Positions 62,157 through 64,000 of a stretch of DNA of 64,000 nucleotides are shown here, piece by piece; within the stretch, counting starts at the first letter, position 1; each line of letters opens with the position of its first letter. Origin of the DNA: Neophaeotheca triangularis (lineage: Eukaryota); assembly GCA_054600435.1 (NCBI GenBank), contig BAAIJX010000007.1, forward strand, positions 186,001-250,000. Reading direction: 5' to 3'. The translations under genes were made by a program, and so were the position numbers. Under the pieces are notes generated by a model. The model was not told where the DNA came from, made no database searches, and worked only from the letters and a program-made list of their open reading frames with translations.

Positions 62157-64000
62157 ATGTCGTGGCTTTCACCAAAGCGTCGTCGCACCACTGGGAACCT
62201 CAAGACTATTCCCGGGGCGCAAACGAACGGCAACTCGAATAGCAAACTCCTTGAACCTCAACAGCCTGCGCTGCCTGAGAATGAGACACCCGTCTTGCGA
62301 GTCCCGTCGCAGACAGCATCCTACGGTGGTCCGTCGAATTCCGACGGCAGTCTTTTCTACGCCTACGCTCGCCGGGTAAGCTCACGACCATGGAGCATAT
62401 CACAGTCCCAGAGGCTCGCAATACTAACCGAGATATTTGCGCCCGGCAGGGTGACGACTCGCAACCACGACATCTGCTCACCTTCGCTTCAGCAGGCGTA
62501 GCCGACGAATGGTGGCAGCTTGTCCAACAAAACTTTCCCGACTCGTCCCGTCCCGGGCCCCAGCTCTTTAGCTTCGAGCGAGACACCGACCTAGACGAAG
62601 CATCGAGGCACGAGGCCTTCAAGCATCTTCAGTCAAAATGGATGTACTTCCAAAATCACGATGCTCCCAACGTTGCGACTCGAGACGTGATACCTGCGCA
62701 GAATGCGAAAGGTAAGGTACTCGGCGGATCCGCGCCTACCAATCCAGAAATGGGCAGTATGAAGCCTGGCGCGAAGGCCGCAAGGTCGGAGGTATCGCAG
62801 CTGGAACAGCACTTTGAAAAGATGATGGGAGCTGTGGAGAGGAACTCCGACCAAATAGCCGCGCTTGCTCAGAGACAAGCTGCCAGTGATGGAAAGCTTG
62901 CTGTTCAAAGCCCCAGCTTGCTGAAGGGGAAGGTGCAAGGGACTACTCAGCTGGACATGGGGGTATTGGGAGCACACCTTGATCGCATCAATGGCACGCT
63001 CGAGAGGAATGCGCAGCATGTCGAGAGTCTCTCAAAGAGGCAGCAGGAAAATGAGGAAAGGCTGCGAACAGTCCTGGAAGAGAACAAGACACACTCGCCA
63101 GCCGGTAGTGTGGACATGACACAGCTCTCGAGTCACCTCGATCGAATACAAGACATGCTGGAGAAGACCATCACGGAACGCAAGAATAACGCGAATGGGG
63201 TTTTGAAAGACCAACAGCAGTCCGGGGTAGACTTTAGGCCTTTGACCGAAAAGCTCGGAAAGGTGGAGGAGGCTATGGAGCAGAACTCGGCGTTCATGAA
63301 GGCGTTGCTTGAGGAAGGCTCGGCGGCGTCAGCACCCGGGACGCCTTTTCCAACGCAGGAGAAAGCGGCGCCGCAGATAGACATGAGCCCTCTGGCTACC
63401 CATCTCGAAAACATACACAAGGCAATCGAGCAACAGTCCAGTCACATGCAGGCATTGGTCGGCTTTGCGAGTGGTGATGGGGACAGCAGCGGCGCAGGCG
63501 ACCAAACATCAGCGCAGGAGTCGACAGGTTTGGCGCCGTTGGGAGAACATCTCGAACAGATCTACAATGCTGTGGAGGATGGCAACAGCCACATGAAAGA
63601 CCTGGTCGAGGAATCCACTACCAGCAGGATGGAGGCTAAATCCAACTGCGATAGCATTACGGCGCAGCTAGAGGCGCTGCAAGAAGTTGTCGAGTGCCAG
63701 CCAAAGATTGACATGGAAACGCTCACTGAGCACCTTTTGGGAATCAGGAACGCAGCAGAAGAAAATGCTGAAAACATGCGCGACCTGATCGATGCGTATG
63801 GAGCTACCAGCGGTGACCTCGATATCCAACCCTTGGCCGACCACCTAGACGCTATACGTGAGACCACGGATAAGAACAGCGGACAGCTTACCCATCTGGT
63901 CGAAAATACCGGCACAGCTCGTTCGGGAGACTCTATCGACTTCACTCCGCTGACGGAACGATTGAATCGCATTCATAGCGTGCTGGAACAAACGCACGAG
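62157..64000 (+). CDS. Hypothetical helical-repeat / coiled-coil protein, 3'-truncated by the window end; exons 62157-62375, 62450->64000
   Basis: Intron 62376-62449 (GTAAGC...ACTAAC...CAG). The frame stays open for more than 500 codons to the window end. It is absent from the ORF track because it has no stop. Confidence 0.85.

Overview
Gene-dense eukaryotic DNA from a filamentous ascomycete (Pezizomycotina; short GT-AG introns with CTRAC/CTAAC branch sites; narrower taxon not determinable). I assembled 24 protein-coding genes by hand. Recognisable housekeeping genes are ARG5,6, STI1, SCP2-type thiolase, eIF1A, LAS17/WASP, kinesin-8, RQT4, TYW3, TIM50 and an EDEM-like GH47. The others include a PsiD/PSD-like decarboxylase, GH30, asparaginase, a cNMP/F-box/LRR protein, a PTH11-like receptor, tyrosinase, a P450 and a Zn2Cys6 factor. 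I found no tRNA, rRNA, intact transposon or CRISPR array. The two most unusual signals are: (1) a 194-aa orphan (27887-28471) whose sequence tracks the bacterial RNase P protein (RnpA) architecture, a candidate mitochondrial RNase P cofactor; and (2) a DUF2461-like gene (50809-54362) split by unusually long introns (326, 804, 891, 184 nt) rich in complementary stems and containing candidate poison exons, suggesting RNA-structure-controlled splicing or intron-hosted ncRNAs. All family assignments are from motif recognition, not database searches.
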